Assembly (NCBI RefSeq): GCF_964355755.1
Contig: NC_092673.1
Location: 14,108,948 to 14,172,947, forward strand
DNA length: 64,000 bases
Reading direction: 5' to 3'
Origin: Antedon mediterranea
Taxonomy: Eukaryota; Animalia; Echinodermata
The position numbers and the translations under genes were made by a program. Position 1 is the stretch's first letter, and the number at the start of each line of letters is the position of its first letter. Shown one piece after another: positions 25,323 through 37,612 of this stretch. The notes beneath the pieces are model-generated. The model saw only the letters and a program-made list of their open reading frames with translations, had not been told where the DNA came from and did no database searches.

Positions 25323-25690
25323 CTAAATTCATTAACATTAGTTGACAAGGTGATACAATGTTAGAAATTTTATTATTTAATATGTCCATGTTAGCATTTC
25401 ATCGTTGTCCGTTAACAGATTAAGCTTTCTATTCGATTTATTTACAGCCGTAATGGTTACTTCTAAATTGTGTCCATATTCATCAACCTGTATGAAGAAA
25501 ATGAAAAGGAGAAACGTTTTCTTTGTTCATATTGTAGGTATATTAATTGTGAAAGAAGGCAGAGCTTTAGTGAATTTCTCAGATCATGTTTTAAGTTCAT
25601 GTTTACAACTGTGATGTCCAATGATTTTAGTTGTTCATTCCAGAGCACGTTTCGGATAACACTTAAAAATGAAAAAAACAATCATTTTTG

Positions 25691-26095
25691 TCAATGTTCG
25701 ATCATTGCTTTGCGTTTTTTACTTTGGTAGAGAATGTTTGGAACGGTGTGCCCTTGAAAGTTTATAAACTGCCCTTCACCAACAATAAATAACTTTGTAC
25801 TGCCGTCCATACACAAAATGCGTAGGGCAAGAGGACTTTTGTTTTGAAGCTTTTCAGCCAGAACCTCATCTAATACGTCTATTTCCTCTACCTGAAATAT
25901 AAGGAAATGTAAATTGATTTCATTTTCAGTTACACAATTAAGACTCGGAGCGAAAATCAAACTATACATAAATCAATCAATCACCTACTTCCAACATTGT
26001 CATGACGGTCTTGGATCTGGTACCTTTGCCTTTGACAACGGCAACCTTCTTCTCCAGGATGTCTAGTAGTCTAATCGAATCATCCTCAGCTCCCT
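25691..26095 (-). pseudogene. Two exons of an unidentified, probably transposon-borne (EnSpm/CACTA-like) gene
   Basis: Exon ~26095-25985 and acceptor ttcag|VEEIDVLDEVL...ILCMDGSTKLFIVGEG. A candidate upstream 5' exon lies at ~33755-33840, next to a CACTGTAAAAA-type terminus. Confidence 0.35.
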
Positions 26096-26253
26096 CAAAA
26101 TAAAATAAATTAATAAAAAAATTTAAATTAAAAACAGTTTCAAAACAATTTAAAAAAATCGTAATTTCGCGGGGGCCTGATAAACTAATAAAAAAATGTA
26201 TGGACCTTAGAAGTAGACTGGCCTAGCTAGGGGCTCAAATTTGAATTGGTCAT

Positions 26254-26347
26254 TGTAATGTAGTTGCCGCCCTCTAGGTAAGGGTAAGCGTGTGCAACAT
26301 GGACGATGTGAATAAAGTATAATATAGAAGAGTGATAAAACATTACA
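26254..26347 (+). repeat. 5' LTR (94 bp)
   Basis: TG...CA ends, 8-bp terminal inverted repeat, internal AATAAA; identical to 30597-30690. Confidence 0.97.
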
Positions 26348-26350
26348 ATT

Positions 26351-26363
26351 TGGCGACGAGGAT
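26351..26363 (+). promoter_or_regulatory. Primer binding site, complementary to tRNA-Ser(GCU) 3' end
   Basis: TGGCGACGAGGAT lies 3 nt after the LTR and complements ...AUCCUCGUCGCCA. Confidence 0.8.
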
Positions 26364-26451
26364 AAACGTGAATAAATGATAGATAAATTAGATAAATGAG
26401 AATCGTAACTATACCGTCTTATATAAGTTAAATATCATTTGAATAACCACC

Positions 26452-27543
26452 ATGGCTACGGCGAATAGTAATATGCCTAGCCTGCCTGCATTTGATGTGC
26501 ACGCCGATCTCGCCAGCAGAGCGACGAGGTGGACCAAGTGGCTGAAGCGTTTTGAGCGAGCCATGGTAGGCTTTGGAATTACAAATGATGCCCGAAAGAG
26601 AGCACTGTTGTTATTCTATGGAGGGTTAGAGTTACAAGATGAATTTGACACCCTGCCAGATCAAGATACTGGTGGTGATGGTGGTACGTACACACAGGCC
26701 AAAGAAGCCTTGACAACACATTTAACCCCAAAAGGTAACATTGATTATGAAACGATAATTTTTCGGAGAATGAATCAGGAGCCTAGTGAGAAAATAGACC
26801 AGTACTGTAGTAGACTGCGTCTACAGGCTGTTAAGTGTAATTTCAATGACATTACCAGAGAAATTAAAACACAGATAATTTCAGGATGCAAAGACAGCCG
26901 ATTTAGAAGGCGTATCCTAGAAAAGGAAAGAACATTGACACAAATTCTTGATTTAGCACGGTCTGTTGAGTTGTCAGAAAAAAGGGCAACAGAGGTTGAA
27001 GGAAATTCATCCCAATCAGCTGTAAATGCGACAACAGAATCTGTGAATGCGATGAAGTTTACAAATCGTAGCCGTTCAAAGAAATATAATGGTACAAAGA
27101 ATCAAAGTCAATATAATAAATCCACTTACAAACAAAAGTCAAAACCAGCAGGAAAATCATCAACATGTAGAAAATGCGGTTTGGCATACCCACATGAGGC
27201 TGAGTGTCCAGCAAAAGGTAAAATTTGTAATTCATGTGGTAAACAAGATCATTATGCACGAGTTTGTTTCACGAAAGGCAAACAACAAGTTAGCAGAGTG
27301 GAAGAACAGGTGTGCAGTAGTGGTGCAACAGGAGATACAGATTATGCAACAGATCCAGAATATGCTTTTGTTCTCCCAGGACCATCAAAAAAGTTACCAA
27401 CATGTGATATGATAGTCCACTGTAATAACAAGGTACAGATGCAAGCACTTGTAGACACAGGAGCGTCAGTGAACGTGATGGATAGTGTTTCATTTGATAA
27501 GATAGTACCCAAGCCAACAATTGACAAACACAAAACAAAATAA
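26452..27543 (+). CDS. gag: Gypsy Gag with zinc knuckles plus start of aspartic protease (truncated)
   Basis: RWTKWLKRF, KRALLL, Q.P.E.IDQY..RLR, CRKCGLAYPH..ECPA and CNSCGKQDHYARVC (CCHC); ALVDTGASVN protease motif; ends in an A-rich lesion. Confidence 0.9.
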   Translation: MATANSNMPSLPAFDVHADLASRATRWTKWLKRFERAMVGFGITNDARKRALLLFYGGLELQDEFDTLPDQDTGGDGGTYTQAKEALTTHLTPKGNIDYETIIFRRMNQEPSEKIDQYCSRLRLQAVKCNFNDITREIKTQIISGCKDSRFRRRILEKERTLTQILDLARSVELSEKRATEVEGNSSQSAVNATTESVNAMKFTNRSRSKKYNGTKNQSQYNKSTYKQKSKPAGKSSTCRKCGLAYPHEAECPAKGKICNSCGKQDHYARVCFTKGKQQVSRVEEQVCSSGATGDTDYATDPEYAFVLPGPSKKLPTCDMIVHCNNKVQMQALVDTGASVNVMDSVSFDKIVPKPTIDKHKTK

Positions 27544-27619
27544 AATAAAAATAAAATAAAATATCCATTGAATCCACACAGAAGTGTATAGAGACTGAGT
27601 TTTATATAGTACATGGTAA

Positions 27620-30297
27620 TACAGGAAATTTGTTATTGGTAAAATCAAAGATGTAGAGATCAAGTTACACATCGACACAACAGTACCAACAAAGGAACAA
27701 AAACACAGGAGAATACCATTTCATGTTCGTGCTGATGTTGATCGAGAGCTGAAGCGATTATCAGAACTTGACATCATAGAGAAAATTGAAGGACCAACAC
27801 CGTGGGTCAGTCCAATCGTTGTAGTACCGAAGAAAAATGGAGTTCGTTTATGCGTTGATATGCGTGAAGCGAACCAAGCTATCAAGAGAGAAAAACACCC
27901 AATACCAACGTTAGATGAAATTGTATCTGATTTGAATGGTGCATCAGTGTTTAGCACATTAGATTTGTCATCGGGATATCATCAATTTTCACTCCATCCT
28001 GAAAGCAGATATATTACAACGTTTAGCACACACGTCGGTTTGTTTCGTTACAAACGGTTGATGTTTGGCGTGAATTCTGCCCCTGAATTATTTGCAGCTG
28101 CAGTAAGAAATTTATTGAGCGGGTTAAATGGATGCAGAAACATATCTGATGACATAATTATTTTTGGAAGGACAAAACAAGAACATGACATAAACCTTAA
28201 AGCAGTTCTTGAAAGATTGAAGCAATGTGGAGCAACTTTAAATAAAGAGAAATGTTGTTTTGCTCAACCAAAGGTTAAGTTTTACGGACATACATTCAGT
28301 AGTGACGGATTAGCTGCTGATACACAGAAGATAGAAAGTCTCAAGAATGCTCCACGACCACAGTTGGCAAGTGAAGTAAAGTCCTTGTTAGGTATGGCTC
28401 AGTACTTGTCACGGTTCATCTACAATTACGCTTCGATTACAACACCATTGCGAGAGCTTACTCATCAAAATAGCCAATGGAAATGGACAGGTGTTGAAGA
28501 ATAATCATTTAAAGATCTAAAGAAAGCTTTAATTAGTTCTGATGTAATAACTTACTTTGACATTAACAAGAGAACAAATATTCTAGTAGATGCAAGCCCT
28601 GTAGGCCTGTCAGCTATTATGTGCCAAGATAGTAAAGTGATAGGATATGGAAGCAGAGCATTATCCGATGTTGAAACGAGATACTCACAAACCGAGAGGG
28701 AAATGCTAGCTGTTGTATACGGTGCTGAACATTTTCATTTGTACGTATATGGTGCAAAGTTCAAGATAACAACGGATCACAAGCCATTACTAGGAATCTT
28801 CAAAAGTCAAAAACAGATGTCCGCAAGGATTGAGAGATGGCGATTGCGACTAATGCCATATGATTGTGAAGTGATCTATAGACCAGGTATTGACAACCCT
28901 GCAGATTACTTGAGCAGACATCCTACTTCAACAGATACACAGACAGAAGTTAGTCAAGATGTTAATATGATAGGAAGTTATGTAAACTATGTTGTACAGA
29001 ACAGTGTTCCAAAGGCAATGACCAAACAAGAAATTGAAATAGAGAGTGATCGTGACGAAACATTCAAGAAATTGAGGAAAGCTGTTGAAAGTGGAAAGGA
29101 TAAAGATTGGAAACATCCTTTGTTGGAACCATTTAAAAATGTGAAAGATGAAATAGCAGTAGTAGATAAAATCATATTACGAAGACATCAGATAGTTTTA
29201 CCAGAGACATTGAGAGGAAAAGCTGTAGAATTGGCTCATGTAGGACACCAAGGGATCGTAAAGACTAAAGCATTGATACGTGAAAAAGTGTGGTTCCCTG
29301 GAATAGATAAAATGGTAGAACGACAGGTTAGAAAATGCCTAGCATGTCAAGCGACTGTATCTACGAATGCAGAGAAACCAGAACCATTGAAGATGACAGA
29401 ATTACCAACATTACCATGGACTGAAGTGGCAGTTGATTTTAAAGGACCAATGCCAAATGGAAAATATTTGCTTGTTGTATATGATATGTATAGCAGATTT
29501 CCAGAAGTCGAGATAGTTCAGTCGACATCAGCGAAAGCAACTATTCCGAAATTAGATGCGATATTCGCAAGACATGGCATACCTAATATAGTATTGTCAG
29601 ATAATGGACCTCCATTTAACAGTCATGAGTTCGAGCAATTTGCAACATACCAAGGGTTTAAACATCGAAGAACGACTCCATTATGGCCGAGAGCAAATGG
29701 GGAAGTTGAAAGATTCAACTTCCCCAAGTTCTTCAAACTGCAAGTGTTGAGGGAAGAAATCCGCATCAAGCGTTATATGAATTCCTCAGGCAGTATCGAG
29801 CAACCCCACATTCAACCACAGGGAAAAGTCCAGCTGAACTATTATATGGAAGAAAAATAAAAATATGTTTTCCATCACTGACTAAAGTAGACGAGAAGAA
29901 TGATGTAGAAGTTGCAAACAAAGATAAAGAACAGAAGAAGAAAATGAAAGATAGCGGAGATATGTATTTGCATACAAAAGAAAGCGATTTGAAAGTTGGA
30001 GACAAAGTGCTTGTAAAGCAACAAAAGAAGAATATGTTAACAACCCCGTTTGACCCAGATCCGTATATTGTAAGTTGGAGAAAAGGAAATGCTATAATTG
30101 CAGATAGGAATGGTATAAAAATTAGAAGGAACATTTCTCATTTCAAGAAAATAAACATTTTTAATGATTATGAGTCAGACGTCGATGATGATGTAGTAGA
30201 AAGACCCCAAGATGTAAATGATCAACAAGAACCAAGACGACCGCAAAGGAATCGACGAATGCCCGCAAGATATAATGATTTTGTGTTGGACCAATAA
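27620..30297 (+). pseudogene. pol: Gypsy Pol (RT, RNase H, integrase), disrupted by a stop at 28502 and a frameshift near 29720
   Basis: PWVSPIVVVPK, LDLSSGYHQ, RLMFG, ISDDII, DAS, TDHKPL, H..HQG/C..CQ, DFKGP, SDNGPPF, NGEVER; C-terminal RRPQRNRRMPARY. Confidence 0.93.
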
Positions 30298-30596
30298 GTT
30301 TGAAAATAATAGAAACAAAGGATATGAACATTGTTGAGTTGATTCACATTTTGATGAACATTTAAATTTGATTTTGAGCAAAGTTATTGATTTCGAATTA
30401 TTGGATAAGAACATTGATTATATTTGTGACAAGAGACATTGATAAAAAAAATATATACACTAATATGAAGCATAACAATCAGAGTATTAATAATTAAATA
30501 AGCTAGTCAATATGATAAAAGTTAATAGTTAAAATGTTAGTTAATATTCAGTGTTGTATTTGATAGTTGTAGAACTTATCTAAAGTAAGGAGGGAA

Positions 30597-30690
30597 TGTA
30601 ATGTAGTTGCCGCCCTCTAGGTAAGGGTAAGCGTGTGCAACATGGACGATGTGAATAAAGTATAATATAGAAGAGTGATAAAACATTACA
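30597..30690 (+). repeat. 3' LTR (94 bp), preceded by polypurine tract AAAGTAAGGAGGGAA
   Basis: Identical to the 5' LTR; followed by TSD GTCAT. Confidence 0.97.
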
Positions 30691-30715
30691 GTCATATGAC
30701 CCATTTATTTTTAAA

Positions 30716-31018
30716 TAGGTAGCCCGGTAGGCAAGGAGTAGGCAGGCATATTAATAATAGGTAGGCCTAGTAGGCTAGGCCTAAAATGAAGTACTAAAAA
30801 TAAAGAGGGACTAGGACTAGTCTAGTAGTAGGCACAGGCCTAGCTAGGCTATTATTCAGAAAATAGGCTAGGCTAGTAGGCCTAGGGTAGTAGGCAGGGC
30901 TAGTTAGGCCTAGACTACTACTAGGCTAGACCTAGGCTACGTAGGCTAGCCTAGCTAGTAGCTAGGCCTACCTAGCCTAGGCCAAGCCTAGATTTTCTGA
31001 ACACTAGTTATAGCCTAG
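30716..31018. repeat. TAGGCCTA/CTAG-rich low-complexity tract
   Basis: Dense TAGGC, GCCTA and CTAG words with no fixed period. Confidence 0.85.
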
Positions 31019-33621
31019 TAGTCAGGTGGCTTAGCAATTTTAACGTTACCGGCCAGACAAAAGTACCAAAATTGGCATGGAGTTTCCTTTCGACCTACCT
31101 ATTGATTTTATCCGTGGAACCCACTTCATCGGTTCCGATTTTCCAATATGGCTGCCAAAATCCAAGATGGCCGGCAGAAAAAAGGAAATGCCATATATCT
31201 GGCTGTAAAACTCGTAAATCAACAAATGGGGTGTCAATTTAAGGGTTTCTGGGGTCAATGAAACAGATGCTGGCTATGCCATATTGCTCAGACCACCTAT
31301 TTCCAAGATGGCGGCCAAATTTCAAAATGGCCCCCAAAAAAGGGAAATGTTGTGTATGGCACTGTAAAAATCGGAAATGAACAAATGAGATATTAATTCA
31401 GGGGTTTCTGGGGGTCACCGAAACAGATGCTGGTCAAGCCATTTTGCTCAGGTCACCCATTTCCAAAATGGCGGCCAAATTTCAAAATGGCTGCCAAAAA
31501 AACGCCAAAATTTTGTGTAGGCATATGTGGGTTAAGTTGATTTACCCTATTTGGATGATCATGTGCACCGGAAAAGAGATATGCAAGGCAGATTTGCCTT
31601 GCTGCATTTGCAGACTGTACAGGCCCTTTTGCAGCCACATTTCACAAATTCTCTGCAAGCTTTAGATGCGTCTGGACCAGACAGGTTCACATGAGTTCCC
31701 AACTTTCACCCATGTTGTCCAGATGCCAGCTTGGTATACGGCCCTCCTAGTGCATTCTGAGTAGGTGGTATCTTGTCAACAGCTTGCCGTTTCTGGCTGA
31801 ACAGTTCCATCCGAGCACTGTTAACATTCATGGAGTCTCTCGATTCTTTGAAATGATTCAGAATATAAGTGAAGATGCTCAAACGGATGTGCGGCAAGAT
31901 GAAGAAAGGCATCCGTAACTTCGTCATAAGCAGTCCATGCCTGCCAAAACGATTTCTTCCCTTTATCTCTAAACGCTGAGGTAGTATTACATCCTGACAG
32001 TGAGTGGAAAATTGGCAGGGAACGTGATTTACGTTCACCGAGATGTGCACAAATGGCGTTGATACTGTAATGAGTGTAGTTCTTTCCAGTTCCAAATGCT
32101 ATCCAGAGATCAAGATCAGCATTTATCTGAGAGAGGTCATGAAACACACCGATAAGAACAACGACAACATCTGTATCCACAGTTCGCACCTGGATGGATT
32201 TTGCTCCATTTTCCAACCCGGTGCTTCACGTGAACCACAATCCTAGTGTCTGCTTCCTCTTGATGACAGCTGGACATTTTGAACTGCGTTCCAACATGTA
32301 ACATGCTCTACAGCTGTGATATATACCGAACACTCAGGAGGGATGCTGCAATCCGCAACTTTTGATGAAAGGAATTCAAAAAGTTCTTCCTTGTTGATTG
32401 GATCACGGAGGAAGTCATTCCAGTTGCCCGGCAGTTTGGTATCACCTGATACTTTTCTACGCACACCTTTGCCTCGTTTCTCCCTGGTTCCCTCCTTAAG
32501 GCTATCTGGTCGGTATTCGTCCCACACAACACCCACTCGCTTTGTGTCACGTAGCTGACATTTCAGATGGGGTATAAACGCGTTGTCAGCATATTCTTGG
32601 AATGTTGAGACATCGCACCATCCAGAACTTTGCAGTCATATAATACAGTTGCCTCTGTGTGGTTTGATTCGATACATTGTAACAGATGACATTTGGTACC
32701 AGACAGATTAAGCTTTCCAAACTCAGACAGGAATGGAGGATACGACTGTACTTCGTGTGCAAAGAATTCACTGATATCACCATCTCTATTTTGTAAGGAA
32801 ATGTATAACTGGCCGAAGAGTGCCACATTGTTTTCAAGCACCTTTACTTTCTTGCAATCCTTTGATTTGTCTTTGAGCTTTGTTGAGAGCAAGGGTAGTG
32901 AACACACGTGGACACGTGCCTCATTCGCGCAGTTACGACTATCAAGAGTTACCAACTCAGGGAAGTCTGGCAAGCTCGGGTCCAGCAGTCATCCAGCGTC
33001 TGAAGGCTAATGTGTACAGGCAGCCACCGAGAATAGTTCACATGATCTAACGCAAAGAACAATGGCACGAGTGCCTCTAATACAGAAACATAATAATAAA
33101 AATAATATTTTTGGTCAATAAATGTTTCTTGAATAACATTAACAATGGTTTGCATATAATATATATAGTCGAGAGACTACAAAAGGCCCGATGGGCCTGT
33201 CGCTGTAGTCCCTCTTTACATTATACAAATAATAATAAACATACAATAGGAAGTCTGACAAATATGAGAATCGTAATCTCATAGTGTGCGATCATGTTCC
33301 AGAACTTGAACGTGGGCCATTTTAAAATTTGACCGCCATCTTGGAAATGAGTGACCTGAGCAAAATGGATTGACCAGTAGCTGTTTCAGTAACCTCAGAT
33401 ACCTCTGAATTGACACCTTATTTGTTCATTTATGATTTTTACAGCCTTATATACAATATTTCCTTTTTTTGGCACCCATTTTGAAATTTAGCCGCCATCT
33501 TGGAACTGGGTGACCTGAGCAAAATGGGTTGACCAGCATCTATTACAGTGACCTCAGAAACCCCTGAATTGACACCTCATTTGTTCATTTCTGATTTTTA
33601 CAGTCTGATATATGACATTTT
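31019..33621 (-). mobile_element. Academ DNA transposon, internally deleted, right terminus truncated
   Basis: Starts TAG. ~130-bp subterminal repeats (CCAAGATGGCGGC.AAATTTCAAAATGG) at 31140-31500 are inverted at 33315-33621. Transposase remnants lie between them. Confidence 0.8.
31706..33085 (-). pseudogene. Academ transposase fragment with XPG-like nuclease domain
   Basis: FFALDHVNYSRWLP, FFAHE...PP.LSEFG, WDEY...SLKEGTREKRG, EEADTRI, VRTVDTDV, FHSLSGCNTTSAF..KGK, IPPT; frameshifted. Confidence 0.85.
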
Positions 33622-33989
33622 GACATAGCCTAATCTATGTTACAGTTAAATAATAGGAGATCCTAGCTAGGCAATAATGACAAATATCCTTCAATTCGAA
33701 CTACGACCAAAACATGATAAAACTATCAGTAGTTCAAAATACAGATAACAATTACCTATACGATGAAAGAAGATTGATGTGATTAGTGATTGTGATCTTC
33801 TCCGATTATCTCGCTCGCCAATGGAAAACAATGGCGCCTGAATCTCAACCGGCCTCTCGCTCGCGCGCGCCGCGTGATCATGTGAAATTCATATTCATAG
33901 GTTTACCAATGTTTTTAAATCACGAAAATGAATAAGGCCTATCATAGCATAGGCCTATGTATTATTTCCCATGTAAAACTTTATTTTAA

Positions 33990-34134
33990 AATACAATGAT
34001 CGTTATAAACACCATGGTGTTAAAATTTAACGGCACTGATAACACACCAAGTGTTAATAATATGCTATTTTAACACCTACCGTTGATAATTAAACATCAC
34101 AACGTGTTAAAATACAACGCCAGTTTTTACAGTG
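33990..34134 (-). mobile_element. EnSpm/CACTA-like element terminus with subterminal AACAC/GTGTT repeats
   Basis: TTTTTACAGTG (reverse complement CACTGTAAAAA) at ~34124-34134, preceded by several AACAC..GTGTT inverted words. The partner end was not found. Confidence 0.45.
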
Positions 34135-34505
34135 TGCGTTTCCACCGTTCCCCTTCTTTGATTGAAAATACCTGTTGTAAGTACACGTACTTAAGAATGA
34201 AACGCTACCGACGAATTTACTGGCTCATTTATGCTGTATTACAGCCTTTATTTCTTCATTTATCTCTAACCTCTAATCTCTAGCCTCCTAGCCTCTAGCC
34301 GTAAATTACTGAAAACAAACAAGTAATAGCAATCAGCAAATACAACCTCAAACTGAGGTAAATACAACATTAAATCTTAGGAAGAGAACAATGACGTATC
34401 TCAACCATACATGACGTAATCTATGCTTCGTCAAGCGGAACGACCGCTCAGATGTGCACAACACACCATGACGTGCAGCTAACTGTGTGATACATGATGC
34501 AAATC

Positions 34506-34838
34506 TATGGGGCGCCATAAGCAGCAAAAGTGTGTAGCTGAAAAATGTATGTGTACATTTAAAATGTGTGTGTGTGTAATTGCAAAATGTATTTGTAAAC
34601 CTAAAAATGTGTGTGTATTTGTAAAATGCATGTTTGTAATTGTAAAACGTAGTTGTACACTTTTAAAATGTAGTTGTACACTTTTAAAATGTAGTTGTAC
34701 ACTTTTAAAATGTAGTTGTAACAAGGAATGTATACTTGTAACGCTTGGTTAGAGATCTCTAATCAAGCGTGAAGACCATACCATTTCTCGAGAGGGGTAT
34801 ACCATGGAAAATGGCTATCTGACCGGCGGCCGGCCGCC
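34506..34838 (+). repeat. Left TIR containing 21-bp tandem repeats (AAAATGTAGTTGTACACTTTT)
   Basis: Near-perfect reverse complement of 46257-46589; the mirror-image ORFs 34507+ and 46344- translate almost identically. Confidence 0.95.
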
Positions 34839-34954
34839 GATGGTATATTTATTTCCTTTTTATCGTTATAGCATTGGCGTTTTGGGAGTTTTGATTATAT
34901 TGAAAAGCGACGGCGAAACACTGTTGTCGGTCGTCTACTAAATTATATAATAAC

Positions 34955-35510
34955 TAGGCTAGGCTAGGCGTAGGCGCGGCCGGACTATACTAAATCACTA
35001 AGGGTGGTAGGTATGTATAACAATACAATATTTAGGCTAGACCTCGCGCCTATAAATAAAGACCCAATTCCGTTATTAAAAGAAAAGAATGAAACAGCTA
35101 GCCTACTACTAGTAACGGGAGTAACTACTACCACTACTAGCCTAGCTAGGCTATACTAGGCCTAGGCCTAGATAGAGGCCTAGCCTGTGTAGTATAGTAG
35201 AAGTAGGGCCCGGGCCTAGGCCTAGACCTAAACCTAGGCTAGGCTAGCTAGTTAGGCTAGGCCTACCTCTTGCCTACCTAGCAGGCCTATAGGCTAGGTC
35301 TTTACTAGCTAGGCATTGTTAGCTATAGTAGGCAGGCCTAGACTACTAGGCCCTAGTCCTTCTACTGCTAGCCTTCTAGGCCTATAGGCCCTAGTAGGCT
35401 AGTACTAGCCTATTATAATAAATATAGCCTCCCTGGAGACCATAGACTCGGGCCTAGTAGTAGTACTAGTAGACCTACTAAAGGCCCTAGCCTAGGCTAG
35501 CTAGCTAATA
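34955..35510. repeat. TAGGCCTA/CTAG-rich tract upstream of the first coding exon of the transposase gene
   Basis: Dense AGGCCT/CTAG words ending just before acceptor tttcag at ~35567. Confidence 0.85.
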
Positions 35511-35581
35511 ATAATTCTTATTTCAAATCAAATTTTAAGAATTAATTTGTACATATTTTTATTTCAGAACAGGCATTTACC

Positions 35582-37312
35582 ATGGATTTGCTGCAAACTA
35601 TCAGAGAATTACCAGGAACTTTATGCCAGGCGCAAAGAGGTCTTATATCTGACAATATTAATGTGCTTGAAAACTGGCATCTTAGGATTGAGAAGTTAAA
35701 CATTTTATTTAATATTGTTTTAAGAAGGTTACAATAGAGTGATGTTCCTCTAGATACCATTGAACAATTTGTTATACTTTCTACTGAATTAAATTCTATT
35801 TTTGCCTCATATGATGAAAGAATAAACGGAAATCATGATCATCATAGGTGGTTTGCATCGCATCAAACTGAACAAACATCTAATGGGCGACCAAGGATTA
35901 TAGTTAATAAAGAGAATATTAAAGAACTATTTGAAATATTTCATAGTTGGAAAATTGTTGCACATCAATTAGCGATTTCTGTTGATACACTTCGAAGAAG
36001 AAGAAGATTATTATGGTTTGCCCGTTTCCCAGCCTAACTCTACTAGAAACTACTATTCAAATATTTCAAGAGATCAGCTTTTAAATGAAGAATATTGATT
36101 TTATTGCCTGATGCTGGAGAAAAATTAATTATTGGTGGATTAAGAAGAAGGCGTATACAGTACATGTTCAGAGAAGTCTAATTCGGGATGCTATAATGGA
36201 GGTTGACCCAATCAATAGATCATTAAGGCGAACCAGATCTGTTATAAGAACAGTTTACAATGTTGCAAGTCCAAATAGTTTATGGTAAGGATTACAGTAT
36301 ACGGTAGATGTTTTTACTAACAATAATAAATACAGTATATTTAGCAGATTAAAAAAAAAGTATGAACTTTTTTAAGATGTGAATAATAAGTTGCCCATAA
36401 TACTTATTTGCATGAATTATTGTTGAGGTACTGTACATATAATTGATAAGAAAATATACATATGCAACATTAACAATGTACGTCAGTACAAAAATTTTAT
36501 TATGCATGATTCAAGAGAGTAGCCAATTTGTTTTGTTTTACAGGCACATCGATGGCCATCATAAGTTAATTTGCTGGAACTTTGTCATATTAGGAGGCAT
36601 TGATGGATATTCACGCAAGATTGTTTATCTTAGATGTTGCACAAATAACAAAGCAGTGAGTGTTCTTCAGCTATTTCAAGAAGCTGTTGGACAGCATGGT
36701 TTACCATCACGAGTCAGATCTGATAAAGGAGGCGAGAATGTATTGGTGGCTCGCTTTATGTTAAGCAATAGAGGCTTAAATCGTGGCAGCCATATAACAG
36801 GTTCATCAGTTCACAATCAAAGAATTGAAAGGCTGTGGCTGGATGTCAAACAAACTGTTGTTAAACAATTTCAAGGTATATTTAACTACATGGAAAATTT
36901 GGGAATTCTTGATCCCTTAAACCAGATTCATATTTATTGCCTTCATTCGGTATTTTTAAGTCTCATTAATGATTCATTAAGAGAGATGGAAGGCAATTGG
37001 AATGACAATCCCATGAGTAGCGAACATAATCTTTCACCGAATCAACTTTGGCATATGGGATTAAATGCTTATGCATTTACCAATCCTGAAGAATATCAAG
37101 ATCTAATTCACAATGGAATTGATGAAGATGGGCCACAAGCTGTTGATGACAACAATAATGAACAGATTGTTGTTCCATATATACAATTGCCATTAACCAA
37201 CAACCAAGAACAATTTATTAAATCATATGCACTAGGTGCTAATAAAGCAGATGTTGACCAATGTATAGACATTTATGTCAATTTAGTTCATATAGTGGAA
37301 GGCATGATGTAA
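35582..37312 (+). pseudogene. IS3EU transposase (integrase-core DDE), two coding exons, frameshifts in exon 1
   Basis: GRPRI...W..VA..L.IS..TLRRR HTH, and YNVASPNSLW | HIDGHHKL...[10 protein letters not shown]...[14 protein letters not shown]...[13 protein letters not shown]. Intron ~36286-36543. Confidence 0.88.
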
Positions 37313-37612
37313 ACCCCTAAACAACCATTTAGTAACTATCTCCGATCAGTGATAGTAAACAACCCTAGAAATTAACAAACATTGATTCTAATGAGACTTT
37401 TCACCGGTTTCCGTAGGACCACTAGAGTCTGGTTTTCTTTTTTGAAAAAATATAATACTACTGTAGCACAAATACAACTTTGTGCAATGGGTAATTTAAA
37501 TTTACTTTCTATGGACGAGAGAGTTAGTTTTTCTAATATTTATTATAATAATTGTCTCTGTGTATGGTAAGATATTCCAAAAGAACATTCTTTATTATTT
37601 TCAACATACTTG

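Larger units (their letters stand above)
26254..30690 (+). mobile_element. Full-length Ty3/Gypsy LTR retrotransposon (defective ORFs)
   Basis: Identical 94-bp LTRs (TGTAATGT...ACATTACA), 5-bp TSD GTCAT at 26249-26253 and 30691-30695, PBS and PPT present, domain order gag-PR-RT-RH-IN. Confidence 0.97.

Noticed and set aside
25405-25690. C2H2 zinc-finger remnant
   Set aside because: Cys/His spacing is broken across frames and cannot be supported.
34479-34752. Cys-rich ORFs (CSCTLLK repeats) as metallothionein-like proteins, also at 46344-46532
   Set aside because: They are translations of the 21-bp repeats inside the TIRs.
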